DNA of 62,327 bases, from contig JAJRUT010000117.1 in NCBI GenBank assembly GCA_024277655.1, positions 1-62,327 of the forward strand, in the 5' to 3' direction. A program made the translations under genes and the position numbers. Origin of the DNA: Deltaproteobacteria bacterium. GTDB taxonomy: Bacteria; Desulfobacterota; Desulfobulbia; Desulfobulbales; SURF-16. Positions 49,689 to 60,474 of this stretch are shown in pieces; positions within the stretch are counted from its first letter, which is position 1; each line of letters begins with the position of its first letter. The notes below the pieces were generated by a model. The model saw only the letters and a list, made by a program, of their open reading frames with translations, was not told where the DNA came from and searched no databases.

Positions 49689-51411
49689 CGCTGCCCTGCG
49701 CTTCGGCAATTTTCTGCCTGGCAAGGGCACGTTTCTTGGCATCTTTAAATAGACTTATGGCCTGCTCATACTGAACAATGGCCTTGTCAAGCTCTCCGGT
49801 CTTAAGGTACGCATCACCAAGATGCTCTTTGATCGTCGGGTCTTCCGGCTGTAACTCGGTAGCGTGATACAACTCAACAACCGCCTTTTCATACTGACCC
49901 ATCTTGTAATAGACCCAGCCAAGCGAATCGCGCACATAACCATCATCAGGCTTTTGCTCCACAGCCCTCTGTATATAATCCAGGGCCTGCTCCAGATTTT
50001 CACCCAGATCAGCCCAGGTATAACCGACATAGTTTAAGGTGTAGGCATCATCAGGGGCAACTTCCAGAACCTTGAGCATCTGCGCCATGGCAAGCTCTGG
50101 ACGCTTGATCTTTTCAAAGAAGAGGCCAAATTCAAACTTTAGATTAACATCATCCGGAAATTCCCTAATGGCCTGTTCAAACGTCTTTTGCCCCAGATCA
50201 TACTGCTTATTTAAACGATACATATCGGCAAGAACGTAGTAAAATTTGACAGAATGATCCGGCGTCTCATCTATGGCATTGAGCATATAGGCAATACCCT
50301 CATCACGCTTTCCGCTATCCACACATATCCGCACATACATCAAGACAGCGCCTTCATAGGCGGGGGATAACGGCTCGACCTCGCGCAGAACATTCTTGGC
50401 AGTAGCAGCATCACCCTTTTCATGATAGGCCAGGGCGAGTAAGGGCCGCAAGGTTGGTCGCTCAGGATAAATACCGAGCATGGGGGTCAGGTGAGCAATG
50501 GCCTTGCCGTACTGCTTTTCTGAAACCAGAAGCCTACCGATAACCAGATCAATTTCAGTGGTATCCCGAACGGCAGAACGAACCAAAACAAGCTGAGCCA
50601 AGGCCTTGTCCCCCTGACCTGTGCGGGCATATAGCCCCGCAAGTCGACGCCGGGTTATTTCGTTGTCCGCATCCTCCTTCAGGAGTTTATTATAAAGCTC
50701 TATAGCCTTTTCATATTCACCAAGATCCTCATAGAATTCAGCCGCTTCATAGGCCTGCATGGTTGACCAGTTTAAGTCAAGCACCCGTTCATACTGGGCC
50801 AGTGCCAATTCATCTTCGCCGAGGGCGCGATAAAGTTTAGCCAGAAGGACATTCCCGGCGTAGGAATACGGCTGTAATTCGACATGGATCTCAAGGGGCC
50901 GACGCGCCTCTTTTAGGTGGCCATGCCGTTGGTAGAGGTAACCTAATGAAAAATAGGTATCGCTGTCTTTGGGATCCGCTTCAAGATTGGCATTGTATAG
51001 ATCAATGGCCATCTCGGTCTTGCCAATCTCGTCAAATATTCCGGCAAGTTCACGCCTCGTCTGATTGTCTTTGGGCGAATTTTCAAGGACACACTCCAAA
51101 TGAACCGCAGCAAGCTCAATCTTGCCCATGCCAATCAGCAGAAAGGCTAAGCGCTGATGCAAATAGGCCGAATGTTCATCACAGATAAGTGCCTTGGTAT
51201 AGGCATCCTGGGCCATCTGGAAATTCTGCTCAAGCTCTGCCATCCTACCCCATGTGAAATACACCGAAGCACAGAGGGAATCTACAGGATCAGAGTCGTC
51301 AGAGGACACTTGGGGAGAGGATGCTTTATTCTCGGTGATCGGACTGGTTGTTACACAACCAGTTACCAATAATAGAACAAGAAATAGGGGCAATAGTTTA
51401 AAACGGCTCAT
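49681..51411 (-). CDS. TPR-repeat lipoprotein
   Basis: Lipobox LVTGC, then many 34-aa TPR-like repeats (A..Y.KAL...P....A...LG). Confidence 0.8.
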   Translation of the reverse strand: MSRFKLLPLFLVLLLVTGCVTTSPITENKASSPQVSSDDSDPVDSLCASVYFTWGRMAELEQNFQMAQDAYTKALICDEHSAYLHQRLAFLLIGMGKIELAAVHLECVLENSPKDNQTRRELAGIFDEIGKTEMAIDLYNANLEADPKDSDTYFSLGYLYQRHGHLKEARRPLEIHVELQPYSYAGNVLLAKLYRALGEDELALAQYERVLDLNWSTMQAYEAAEFYEDLGEYEKAIELYNKLLKEDADNEITRRRLAGLYARTGQGDKALAQLVLVRSAVRDTTEIDLVIGRLLVSEKQYGKAIAHLTPMLGIYPERPTLRPLLALAYHEKGDAATAKNVLREVEPLSPAYEGAVLMYVRICVDSGKRDEGIAYMLNAIDETPDHSVKFYYVLADMYRLNKQYDLGQKTFEQAIREFPDDVNLKFEFGLFFEKIKRPELAMAQMLKVLEVAPDDAYTLNYVGYTWADLGENLEQALDYIQRAVEQKPDDGYVRDSLGWVYYKMGQYEKAVVELYHATELQPEDPTIKEHLGDAYLKTGELDKAIVQYEQAISLFKDAKKRALARQKIAEAQGSDE

Positions 51412-51471
51412 AGGGTCCAGTGGCTCATAATGAATCTGGCAAAGATTGATAAGATATTGATATCTGATTGT

Positions 51472-52062
51472 TTACCTTATCTTGATTCCCAGCGACGGTA
51501 AAGAATTCTGTGCTAGGAATTTGCATCTTTTTTGCAAATCAACCATGCCCCGTGGCAGGACATGAAAGGGAACACTTATACGCTCATCAACACAAAGCCC
51601 CAAAACCAGGGTATTGAGATGTTCGATATAGGCCTCATTCAGCGCCGCCTTACCCGGTGCCGGAACCAGCCTAATCCCAGGTTGTACCACAGCAAGAGAG
51701 GCAAAAAACCTATTGGTGGAACCAAGGCAACGGCCAATATATTCTTGCAGTGGCGCAAATTCAACCGCCACAACACCCTGAATATCACCCAGGGTGTAGG
51801 CCAGCATATCAAGGGGGGTACGATCGGTAATAAACGGCCCGGTGCAACCAGACCAGACCTCTTCAGCGGCAGTGATAATTTTGTCCTGAATCCAGAGCCT
51901 TGTCTTAAAGTCCATGGGCGAGGATGGTTTGAGGCCATTCTCAACAAACACCTCACTTGTGGTGGTCACCACAAACTCAAGACCATACTCCCTGGCAATC
52001 TCCTGGCCAATGGTTGTTTTACCTGTACGATGACTGCCACAGAGACCGAGTCCTTTATGCAT
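51472..52062 (-). CDS. P-loop NTPase (small kinase-like ATP-binding protein)
   Basis: Walker A GSHRTGKTT and a DRTPLD motif. The family is not firmly recognised. Confidence 0.55.
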   Translation of the reverse strand: MHKGLGLCGSHRTGKTTIGQEIAREYGLEFVVTTTSEVFVENGLKPSSPMDFKTRLWIQDKIITAAEEVWSGCTGPFITDRTPLDMLAYTLGDIQGVVAVEFAPLQEYIGRCLGSTNRFFASLAVVQPGIRLVPAPGKAALNEAYIEHLNTLVLGLCVDERISVPFHVLPRGMVDLQKRCKFLAQNSLPSLGIKIR

Positions 52063-52066
52063 AAGC

Positions 52067-53074
52067 TTACTTCCCCTGCCTATTACGATTCAAGACAATA
52101 GACCTGGCCATATCACAGGCCGCCACAAGGGATGCGGGATCGGCAACCCCCTTACCGGCAATATCATAGGCTGTGCCATGATCAACCGAAGTACGAACAA
52201 TAGGCAACCCGAAGGTGACATTAACCCCATCGCTAAAATGCAGAAGCTTAAATGGAATAAGACCCTGGTCGTGATACATACAAACAACCCCATCAAACTC
52301 ACCACTTGTAGCCTTATTGAACACCGTATCAGGTGGGTACGGGCCTGACACCATCATTCCAGCATCTTGCGCCCTGCGGATAGCAGGGCCAATAATCAAC
52401 CGTTCCTCATCGCCAAACATTCCACCCTCTCCGGCATGGGGATTTAAACCAGCCACAGCAACCCGCGGGGCAACATAACCAAAGTCACCAGTTAAGGCCT
52501 TATGGGTCATGGCAATCGTGGTAAAAACCGAGTCCATTGTCAATGCTGAAGCAACTGCAGATAATGGAGTATGAATAGTGACCAACGTCACCTTCAGGCT
52601 TGCTCCCGCCATCATCATGCCATACTCGTTGCTAGCACATAGCTGGGCCAGCATTTCAGTATGGCCGGGGAAATGATACCCCCCGTCATTTAAAGACGTT
52701 TTAGTAATGGGACAGGTCACCATCCCGGACAAAGCTCCAGACTGAACAAGGCGCACAGCCTCCTCAATCCAGCGGCCCATGGCTCTACCGGTTGCGGGTG
52801 TCGGCTTACCCCAGTGGGCCTGCTCACAAACAGCATCCTGCGGATAGTGGACAGGAATCGTCTGGGGAATAATATCCTGACCGGCTTGCCACTCTACAAT
52901 TTTTGCGGGGAAAGCAAGTGATGTTGCACAGCGGCGAAGGACCCCGGCGTCACCAATAACAACAATATCGTTTTGGGGTACCATAAACAGCTTTAAGACA
53001 AGTTCCGGGCCGATACCAGCAGGGCAACCCAAAGTCAAGCCGAGGGGGGTATGTAAACAAGATGTTTCCACCAA
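52067..53074 (-). CDS. pdxA: 4-hydroxythreonine-4-phosphate dehydrogenase
   Basis: PAGIGPE motif, HTEML and HAGEGG blocks, TSVDHGTA. Confidence 0.9.
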   Translation of the reverse strand: MVETSCLHTPLGLTLGCPAGIGPELVLKLFMVPQNDIVVIGDAGVLRRCATSLAFPAKIVEWQAGQDIIPQTIPVHYPQDAVCEQAHWGKPTPATGRAMGRWIEEAVRLVQSGALSGMVTCPITKTSLNDGGYHFPGHTEMLAQLCASNEYGMMMAGASLKVTLVTIHTPLSAVASALTMDSVFTTIAMTHKALTGDFGYVAPRVAVAGLNPHAGEGGMFGDEERLIIGPAIRRAQDAGMMVSGPYPPDTVFNKATSGEFDGVVCMYHDQGLIPFKLLHFSDGVNVTFGLPIVRTSVDHGTAYDIAGKGVADPASLVAACDMARSIVLNRNRQGK

Positions 53075-53434
53075 TTAAAATCCTTCAAAGGCATTCTTAA
53101 TGTGTTCAATCCGGGGCGGCCTGCCATCCACAATACCAACGACATCAAAACGAATAGGACAATCAGTGGCATGGATTGCCATATACAGCTCTGCAACCCT
53201 GGTAATCTGTTGCCATTTCCGGCGACAAACCGCTTCCAGGGGATCACCAAATATTGTACTGCTTCTGGTCTTTACCTCAACAAAAACTAACTCATCAGAG
53301 TCCATGAAAATACAATCAATCTCACCAAGCTTCGTCCGATAATTTGTTTCAAGTAACTGATAGCCCTCTGCTTGCAAGTAAGCCACAGCATAACCCTCGC
53401 CACGTTGCCCAAGACTTAACCTTGCAAAGGTCAC
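53075..53434 (-). CDS. yraN: YraN-family endonuclease (UPF0102)
   Basis: 119-aa ORF with GE..A..YL...G, GEID.I and FVEVK blocks. Confidence 0.85.
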   Translation of the reverse strand: MTFARLSLGQRGEGYAVAYLQAEGYQLLETNYRTKLGEIDCIFMDSDELVFVEVKTRSSTIFGDPLEAVCRRKWQQITRVAELYMAIHATDCPIRFDVVGIVDGRPPRIEHIKNAFEGF

Positions 53435-54039
53435 TTACAAAACTCCTTTACACCTTTAAAGGTGCGCCGGTGAATAGGACAAAATCCATGCTCTACAATC
53501 ATGGATTTATGCAGTTTGGTTGGATACCCCTTATGTCTGGCAAACTGATAAAGGGGGTACTTACGATCATATTCAAGCATCAGCATATCCCGGGTGACTT
53601 TGGCGACAATCGAGGCGGCAGCGATGGAACTACTCTTGTCCTCACCTTTCACCAGAGCCTCCTGGGGAATATCCATATCAATCGTAAACTTACCATCAAT
53701 AAGAAGATAACCTGGTTGCAATTTGAGATCGAGAACAGCTCGTTTCATGGCCAAAAGTGAGGCCTGAAGAATATTGATTTCATCTATTTCTGCCGGGGAG
53801 CAAAGCCCAACCCCATAGGGGATCTGTTCATCACAAAGCTTAGCAAACAAAACCTCTCGCCGCGTGCCACTAAGTTTCTTGGAATCCTTAAAAACCGAGT
53901 AATCACAGCCAGCAGGCAATATTACAGCTCCGGCTACAACCGGCCCGGCAAGAGGACCGCGCCCGGCCTCGTCGACACCGGCAACACCTTGCACACCCTG
54001 GGACTGCAAGGCGCGTTCTATGGAAAAAACATCATTCAT
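53431..54039 (-). CDS. rnhB: ribonuclease HII
   Basis: GVDEAGRGPLAGPVV and DSKKL motifs. 4-nt overlap with yraN. Confidence 0.92.
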   Translation of the reverse strand: MNDVFSIERALQSQGVQGVAGVDEAGRGPLAGPVVAGAVILPAGCDYSVFKDSKKLSGTRREVLFAKLCDEQIPYGVGLCSPAEIDEINILQASLLAMKRAVLDLKLQPGYLLIDGKFTIDMDIPQEALVKGEDKSSSIAAASIVAKVTRDMLMLEYDRKYPLYQFARHKGYPTKLHKSMIVEHGFCPIHRRTFKGVKEFCK

Positions 54040-54101
54040 TAGAGGACGTCATGTTTTTTTATTAGATTCAAACTCAGCAACCCATACCCCAGCGCTAAAC
54101 A

Positions 54102-54156
54102 CAAAAAAGGCGTAAGGGCCACTGGTATCAAGATACCACGCACACATTACGCCTTT
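54102..54156 (-). terminator. rho-independent terminator after rplS
   Basis: The minus strand reads AAGGCGTAA ... TTACGCCTT (with an inner TGGTATC/GATACCA stem) followed by TTTTTTG. Confidence 0.65.
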
Positions 54157-54228
54157 CACAACTGCAACACCCAAGGGTGAGCTATATTAAAGCATTGCCA
54201 TTCGAGACAAGACGCCGCAACCAATAAA

Positions 54229-54579
54229 CTAGTTGGTTACACCACGCTCACGAATACGGGCAGCTTTACCACGGAGTTCGCGGAGATAGTAAAGTTTGGA
54301 GCGACGTACCCGACCATGGGTAACCACTTCAATTTTTTCAATACGGGGAGAGTGCAGAGGGAAAATCTTCTCAACGCCAACACCGTGGGAAATTTTCCGG
54401 ACAGTGAAGTTTGAACCCATTCCAGCATTTTTCCGGGCAATAACAACACCCTCAAAAATCTGCACCCGTTCCTTAGTTCCTTCAACGATGCGAATATGAA
54501 CCTTTACGGTATCACCTGAACGAAACTCAGGGGTATCAAAACGCATATTCTCTTTTTCAATAGTATCGATGATGCTCAT
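54229..54579 (-). CDS. rplS: 50S ribosomal protein L19
   Basis: 116-aa ORF with [10 protein letters not shown]...ERVQ.FEGVVIA. Confidence 0.97.
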   Translation of the reverse strand: MSIIDTIEKENMRFDTPEFRSGDTVKVHIRIVEGTKERVQIFEGVVIARKNAGMGSNFTVRKISHGVGVEKIFPLHSPRIEKIEVVTHGRVRRSKLYYLRELRGKAARIRERGVTN

Positions 54580-54659
54580 TGTTCTACACTCTCATGTTTA
54601 TTTTATCAGTCCGAGTTTTTATTTAAAACTCGCTATGCTCTAAGTATTACCCTCAGGGT

Positions 54660-55220
54660 CTACTCCCCGAGTATCCTGTCCAAAATAATAGACACTGCCG
54701 AACGAACAGAAAGATGGTTATAGGCTGTTCGTCCTTTGATAGGAGGCAGAGTCCCATCGGTTACAGCAAACACCTCCTCGGTCAAGCCCCAGGCTGTACC
54801 AAAGAGGAGTAAAAATTGTTCCCCAGAAAGCAACCGCGCCCTTGCCTCGGCAAAGGCAATGGTATCAGCCTTGGGAGTCGCACAGGTTGCAAGAACTGTG
54901 GGTTTACGGTCATTGTTCCCCGTTGCCAGGGCAAGAAGCTCCTCAAGATCATCACAAATACGAATAATCTCTAAGGCTTCTTTGCGGTCGGTATTGTAGG
55001 TGGCGCCATAGCCATCCTGCCAATGACCAACAATTTCCCGCACCAACTGTTGTTGATCGCTAAAGGGTGTCACCACATATACATGGCGAACCCCATAGGT
55101 TCTTCCGGCTCTTGCTAAATCATGGAGATCAAGGTTGGTTACGGCTGAACCAATCACCTCATGATTCTTGTTGTAAACAGGATAGTGAATAAGAGCGATA
55201 TCAATAATAGGCTCACTCAT
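54660..55220 (-). CDS. predicted SPOUT-type RNA methyltransferase (uncharacterised family between trmD and rplS)
   Basis: 186-aa ORF starting IDIALIHYPVYNK...TNLDLHDLAR. Its position inside the trmD-rplS operon matches a conserved family I recall as SAM-dependent RNA methyltransferase-like. Confidence 0.55.
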   Translation of the reverse strand: MSEPIIDIALIHYPVYNKNHEVIGSAVTNLDLHDLARAGRTYGVRHVYVVTPFSDQQQLVREIVGHWQDGYGATYNTDRKEALEIIRICDDLEELLALATGNNDRKPTVLATCATPKADTIAFAEARARLLSGEQFLLLFGTAWGLTEEVFAVTDGTLPPIKGRTAYNHLSVRSAVSIILDRILGE

Positions 55221-55302
55221 TAACTTTCCCTGCCCAGCTTACATTGAGACAACAATGGACCAAATATCCAATTTTATGTCCCAAACAATTCATCCCAAAA
55301 TA

Positions 55303-56028
55303 CTACAAAATTCGCTGCGCCCGCAATAACTTCTTTTCGGCTCCAGTCAATTGTAGAGCAGCAAACAGATCAGGCCGCCGCGCCTTTGTTCTCCGCATGG
55401 ACTGCAACCAGCGCCACTCTTCAATGGCGGCATGATTTCCGGAAAGTAGCACCTCCGGCACCTCCTCACCCTCGAAGACACGCGGCCGGGTATACTGGGG
55501 ATACTTCAAGCCCCCTCGGCTAAAGGTATCATTACTAATAGAATCGGCACACCCAACAGCACCGGGCAAAAGCCTGGTCACCGCATCAATAATAATCATG
55601 GCACCAAGCTCGCCACCGGTGAGAATAAAATCACCGATGGAAATCTCTTCATCAACATAGGCATCGAGGAAACGCTGATCTACCCCTTCATAACGCCCAC
55701 AAATCAGAACCAGATGCTCACGCTCTGAGAGTTCTGTGGCAACCTGCTGATTAAACTGCCGCCCCTGGGGGCTTAAAAAGACCACATGACCTGCGCCCCG
55801 TGGATTTACTTTTTTTGTTGCCGCAAGCAGGGGGTCGGGCTTCATCACCATGCCTTCACCACCGCCAAACGGCCTATCGTCGGTCATGGCATGTTTATCC
55901 GTAGCAAAATCACGGATATTCGTCACCCCGACTTCAATCTGTTTACTTAGAATCGCCCGGCGGATAATGCCCTCATCCAGGGGAGATTTCAAAAAATCAG
56001 GAAAGATGGTTAATACATCAAAGCGCAT
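55303..56028 (-). CDS. trmD: tRNA (guanine37-N1)-methyltransferase
   Basis: MRFDVLTIFP start, GRYEGVDQR and GGELGAM blocks. Confidence 0.95.
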   Translation of the reverse strand: MRFDVLTIFPDFLKSPLDEGIIRRAILSKQIEVGVTNIRDFATDKHAMTDDRPFGGGEGMVMKPDPLLAATKKVNPRGAGHVVFLSPQGRQFNQQVATELSEREHLVLICGRYEGVDQRFLDAYVDEEISIGDFILTGGELGAMIIIDAVTRLLPGAVGCADSISNDTFSRGGLKYPQYTRPRVFEGEEVPEVLLSGNHAAIEEWRWLQSMRRTKARRPDLFAALQLTGAEKKLLRAQRIL

Positions 56029-56156
56029 TAGTGCCTTACTCTAAAAAGACTGGCGATAGAAACAAGACCCTGAAAAAATGCGCTTAACATAAGTAGATTA
56101 TCATTAATCCCAAGGTACTTAGCCAATCATTGGTTTAGCTGTTTAGCGGCTCTGCC

Positions 56157-56693
56157 TCAATCCTGCAAATTTATGTCAAGTAATCCTGGAGGGAGATCGA
56201 CCACAATCCCCGACTCGCTGACATCAACAATAAATTCCACCTGGCCTGGAATCAAAACCTCACCAAGATCAGTCTGAACCACCATCATATCGGTGCCTCC
56301 GGCATCAAAGATATTGATCAATTTACCTATGGACTGACCATCCTTGGTGACCACCTCGCGGCCCATGGCATCGCGCCAGTAAAACTCAGACTCCTCAAGT
56401 TCAGGCAGATACGATTCATCCACCCACACCTGCATTCCAGCCAAATCTTCCGACTGATTACGGCTGGTTACCCCCTCAAGGAAGGCAACTGCAAAACGCC
56501 CATTAACACGACATCTCTTCACCGTAGCCTTGGTCATCCGCAACTGTTTATCTACCAGAATCACGTCACTGTAAGCCATGAAGGGTTCAGGGTTGCCAGA
56601 AAGGGCCAAGATTTTCACCTCTCCCTTTATGCCATGGGGTTTTGTTATTTTCCCCACATGGACAGCCTGGTTCAGATTTTCCGGAACACCCAT
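56157..56693 (-). CDS. rimM: ribosome maturation factor RimM
   Basis: VGKITKPHGIKGEVK N-domain and a PRC-barrel C-domain. Start trimmed to the Met just after the stop of the KH-protein gene. Confidence 0.88.
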   Translation of the reverse strand: MGVPENLNQAVHVGKITKPHGIKGEVKILALSGNPEPFMAYSDVILVDKQLRMTKATVKRCRVNGRFAVAFLEGVTSRNQSEDLAGMQVWVDESYLPELEESEFYWRDAMGREVVTKDGQSIGKLINIFDAGGTDMMVVQTDLGEVLIPGQVEFIVDVSESGIVVDLPPGLLDINLQD

Positions 56694-56697
56694 GGAC

Positions 56698-56931
56698 TTA
56701 CTCTGCAATCTCAAGACGATACTGCACCGTCTGCTCTTGGGTTGCGGCCGAGAGCAAGCTCCGCATAGCCCTGGCTGTTCGTCCCTGCTTGCCAATCACC
56801 TTCCCCAAATCTTCCTGCGCGACCCGGAGAATAATCGTGATATTCTCGTCATCCTGTGACTCCTCCCGAATCTCAACTTCATCGGGGTTTGCCACAAGGG
56901 ACAGGGCAATATGCCGAATCAAATCCTGCAT
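56698..56931 (-). CDS. KH-domain RNA-binding protein (UPF0109/YlqC-like)
   Basis: 77-aa ORF with the GKVIGKQGRTA GXXG loop, located between rpsP and rimM. Confidence 0.85.
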   Translation of the reverse strand: MQDLIRHIALSLVANPDEVEIREESQDDENITIILRVAQEDLGKVIGKQGRTARAMRSLLSAATQEQTVQYRLEIAE

Positions 56932-57170
56932 TATTTTGCAGCTTTGGCAATAAGGCTTTTTACTGTATCAGAAGCGATGGCACCCTGGTCAAGCCAGTAT
57001 TGCATCTTCTCTTCCTTGATTGTTACTTCAGCAGGCTCAACCATGGGGTTATAGGTTCCAAGAATTTCAAGGAATTTACCATCACGGGAACGCTGACTAT
57101 CAGCAGCCACAATACGATAAAAAGGCTTCTTCTTCTTGCCACGACGAGTTAAACGAATACTTACAGCCAT
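56931..57170 (-). CDS. rpsP: 30S ribosomal protein S16
   Basis: [31 protein letters not shown]. Confidence 0.95.
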   Translation of the reverse strand: MAVSIRLTRRGKKKKPFYRIVAADSQRSRDGKFLEILGTYNPMVEPAEVTIKEEKMQYWLDQGAIASDTVKSLIAKAAK

Positions 57171-57345
57171 TATGTTCTCCTACTCTGACATTTGTCAGAA
57201 ATAAAATATTAAATAAGGAGCAAAAAATTAATAGGCATAGCGCATGTCAAAAATTGCTCTTCACCCTTTTTCCCTATCCTTATCTTCTCTACTTTCTTTA
57301 CAAGTCAGTTGCCATCATACCACAAGCATAACCAACTATATCAAA

Positions 57346-58707
57346 CTACCTTGCCAGTCCTTTTGGCCTCTTACGCCTCTTCTTACCACCAATCTTTTTT
57401 CCACCACCCACCTTGCCCTTCATCTTCTTCATCATCTTGAGCATTTCGGTGTAACTCTTGATAACCTTGTTTACGTCCTGGACTGAGGTTCCTGAACCTG
57501 CAGCAATACGTTTACGGCGACTGGCATTAATAATACGGTGCTGCTGGCGTTCCTTTGCCGTCATGGAGCGGATAACCGCTTCAACCTTGCCAAGCTCTTT
57601 TTCATCTGGCTTTGGCATATTCTGCATATTGGCCATTTTATTCAGCCCAGGAATCATGCCCATGATCTGTTCTAGAGACCCCATCTTGCGGATCTGCTGG
57701 ATCTGACCCAGAAAATCCTCCAGGGTGAAGGTATTCTTCTGGATCTTTTTGGCAAGTATTGCCGCATCCTTCTTGTCAACAACCTCTTCGGCCTTCTCAA
57801 TCAGGGTGAGAATATCGCCCATACCAAGAATACGCGAGGCCACCCGATCGGGATGAAAGATCTCAATGGCATCCAGGTCTTCACCGGTACCAACAAATTT
57901 GATGGGCTTACCCGTAACATTCTTGATGGATAACGCCGCACCACCGCGAGCATCACCCTCCATCTTGGTAAGAACCACACCGGTAACTTCAAGATCCTGA
58001 TTAAACTTGTCGGCAACAGTAACCGCGTCCTGCCCCGTCATGGCGTCCGCGACAAAGAGAATCTCCGAAGGCTTTACCGCCTCCCTAATCCCCTTTAATT
58101 CTGCCATAAGCTCTTCATCAACATGAAGGCGACCGGCAGTATCAAGAATCAGGGTGTCGTAACCTGACTTTTCCGCCACAAGCAACGCATTACTGGCAAT
58201 AGTGACAGGATTCTGCTCTGTGGTGGACGGATGGACGGGAATACCCAGTGTCTCACCAAGTACCGTAAGTTGCTTAATCGCCGCAGGACGATACACGTCA
58301 GCAGGAACCAAATAGGGCCGACGCCCCTGCTTCACGAGTAATTTAGCAAGCTTACCAGAGGTAGTGGTTTTACCAGAACCCTGCAAACCAACCATGAGAA
58401 TAACAGCCGGGCCCTTGCCAGTAAAATCAAGGCCAACCGATTCACCACCGAGAAGGTTTATCAGTTCATCATGGACAACCTTAATAACCTGCTGACCAGG
58501 AGTGATGGACTGAACCACCTTGGCACCAACCGCCTTCTCCTGCACACAGGCAATAAACTCTTTAACAACCTTGAAGTTTACATCGGCCTCCAGAAGCGCC
58601 ATGCGGACTTCTTTCAGGGCATCCTGGATATTCTTTTCAGAAAGCGTCCCATGCCCACGCAGGTCTCGGAATACGTTATTGAGGCGATCCGACAGATTGT
58701 CAAACAT
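57346..58707 (-). CDS. ffh: signal recognition particle protein Ffh
   Basis: N/G domains (GLQGSGKTT, DTAGR) and a Met-rich M domain. Confidence 0.97.
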   Translation of the reverse strand: MFDNLSDRLNNVFRDLRGHGTLSEKNIQDALKEVRMALLEADVNFKVVKEFIACVQEKAVGAKVVQSITPGQQVIKVVHDELINLLGGESVGLDFTGKGPAVILMVGLQGSGKTTTSGKLAKLLVKQGRRPYLVPADVYRPAAIKQLTVLGETLGIPVHPSTTEQNPVTIASNALLVAEKSGYDTLILDTAGRLHVDEELMAELKGIREAVKPSEILFVADAMTGQDAVTVADKFNQDLEVTGVVLTKMEGDARGGAALSIKNVTGKPIKFVGTGEDLDAIEIFHPDRVASRILGMGDILTLIEKAEEVVDKKDAAILAKKIQKNTFTLEDFLGQIQQIRKMGSLEQIMGMIPGLNKMANMQNMPKPDEKELGKVEAVIRSMTAKERQQHRIINASRRKRIAAGSGTSVQDVNKVIKSYTEMLKMMKKMKGKVGGGKKIGGKKRRKRPKGLAR

Positions 58708-58892
58708 ATATCATCTTATATCTAAATGTATGCACCACAGGCTGTGCGGCACATAGCGTCAATTTAAGTACAGCCCAGAAGACAACTCTTGTGATTGGCA
58801 TTTTGGGCACGAAAACAAGGGAAAATACATGAACTATGAGCAGATGTCAAGGAGTATAATCTCCGCAAATCACGACAGGCCACCTTGCAGAC

Positions 58893-59822
58893 CTAACTCA
58901 AACAGGCAACAACAGACTCAGGATCCTCCACCTGCACGCAGTTGCACCCATGGTCTTTGGGCAACAACTTCTTCATCATTCCGGTCAACACTTTCTTAGG
59001 ACCAACCTCTATAAAGGTTGTAACCCCCTGGCCGTGCATAGCCATGACAATCTCATACCAGCGCACCATTGAGGCAATCTGCCGAGCCATGATATCTTTA
59101 ATCTTGGCAGGATCCGTTTCCTGCTCTGCGGTCACATTAAAGAGCATGGTTCCGTTTGGTGAATTGAAGGTCGTTGCCGCCATAACCTCGGTGAAATCAG
59201 GAATGGCCCCGGCCACAAGGCTTGAGTGCCACGCCCCACTGACGGGTAAGGCTATGGCACGACCCTTCATTTCGGCTGCTGCCTGACCAGCCGCGTCAAC
59301 CGCGTCTTTTTCCCCGGAGATAACAATCTGCATATCGGTATTATAGTTTGCCACCGTCACCTCACCCACGGCGCGCCCGGCAGTAACCGCCTTTTCCACC
59401 TCGGCAAGGGGCAATTTCAAGATGGCCGTCATGGCGCCGGGATTCTTTGTGGCTTCCCGCTCCATTAAGCGTCTACGTTCAGTAACAAGCCTCAAGGTGT
59501 CTTCTGCTGATAAAACACCAGAGGCATACAGGGCAGAATATTCACCCAGAGAATGACCGGCATAAAAATCAGGCTGCAAGCCCGCCTCACTCAGGGCGTC
59601 CCAAGTGATCATATTTAGCACAGTCATCGCCGGCTGCAGATGCATGGTTCGGGTCAGATCCTCCATGGGACCTTCCAGACAAAGCTTGCCAAGGGGCATG
59701 CCGCTGATCTCTTCAGCAAGGGCCATCAACTCCTGTGCCCGATCATTTGTTTCAAGAAAACCCTTACCCATGCCAACAAATTGTGACCCCTGTCCGGGGA
59801 AAATTACGGCTGTTTTCGACAT
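58893..59822 (-). CDS. fabD: malonyl CoA-ACP transacylase
   Basis: FPGQGSQ and the GHSLGEYSA nucleophile motif. AAGGA RBS before ATG 59822. Confidence 0.92.
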   Translation of the reverse strand: MSKTAVIFPGQGSQFVGMGKGFLETNDRAQELMALAEEISGMPLGKLCLEGPMEDLTRTMHLQPAMTVLNMITWDALSEAGLQPDFYAGHSLGEYSALYASGVLSAEDTLRLVTERRRLMEREATKNPGAMTAILKLPLAEVEKAVTAGRAVGEVTVANYNTDMQIVISGEKDAVDAAGQAAAEMKGRAIALPVSGAWHSSLVAGAIPDFTEVMAATTFNSPNGTMLFNVTAEQETDPAKIKDIMARQIASMVRWYEIVMAMHGQGVTTFIEVGPKKVLTGMMKKLLPKDHGCNCVQVEDPESVVACLS

Positions 59823-59871
59823 TATTTCCTTACTCCATTTTTTAAACACTACTTTCTTATTAAAAACGCAT

Positions 59872-59896
59872 GTGGCGCGGCTGAAGTCGCACGTCC
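59872..59896. repeat. third copy of the 25-nt REP-like unit
   Basis: GTGGCGCGGCTGAAGTCGCACGTCC matches 22 of 25 positions of the unit at 40709-40733. Intergenic between lspA and fabD. Confidence 0.45.
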
Positions 59897-59918
59897 AGAG
59901 GGAAGGGGGGACAACAAG

Positions 59919-60464
59919 CTACTGCTCTTTTTCTGTCAGGATATTTGCCAGTAAAAAAAGGCCAACCCCGACACAGATGGCAGAATCAGCAACATTAAAG
60001 GCTGGCCAATGCCGGGTGCCGATATACACATCAAGGAAATCAATCACCGAACCAAAACGGAGCCGATCAATGACATTGCCCACTGCCCCGCCGCCGATAA
60101 GGCCAAGAGCCATAGTGTAAATAAAGCGGTCCAGGCAATACTGGGCATAAAGCACCATAATAAAGCCAAGGGCCACGACAGCAACACCGATGAAAAACCA
60201 ATGCTTCCAGGCCGAGGTAACCGAACCCATAAAGCCAAAGGCCGCGCCCGAATTATGCAGATAGGTAAGGTTAAAGAAACCGGGAATAATCTCACGAATC
60301 TCATGGAGCATAAAACTTTCCATGACATACATCTTCGAGGCCTGGTCAAGGGCAATGACCATCAAGCTGATGGAGAGCAGGAAGAAAAAACGGCGCAGGG
60401 CCAGATTTTTATTGGCTGGGGTTATTGATGGCATATTTTCTTTAACGACATTTTCGAGTTTCAT
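59919..60464 (-). CDS. lspA: signal peptidase II (lipoprotein signal peptidase)
   Basis: NSGAAFG, GGAVGNVIDR and FNVAD motifs. Confidence 0.9.
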   Translation of the reverse strand: MKLENVVKENMPSITPANKNLALRRFFFLLSISLMVIALDQASKMYVMESFMLHEIREIIPGFFNLTYLHNSGAAFGFMGSVTSAWKHWFFIGVAVVALGFIMVLYAQYCLDRFIYTMALGLIGGGAVGNVIDRLRFGSVIDFLDVYIGTRHWPAFNVADSAICVGVGLFLLANILTEKEQ

Positions 60465-60474
60465 TATGACTTAT

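Noticed and set aside
56642-56795. N-terminal 34-aa extension of the rimM ORF overlapping the KH-protein gene
   Set aside because: The extension is Arg/Cys/Ser-rich and overlaps a conserved gene. The Met at 56693, just after the upstream stop, gives a normal RimM N-terminus.
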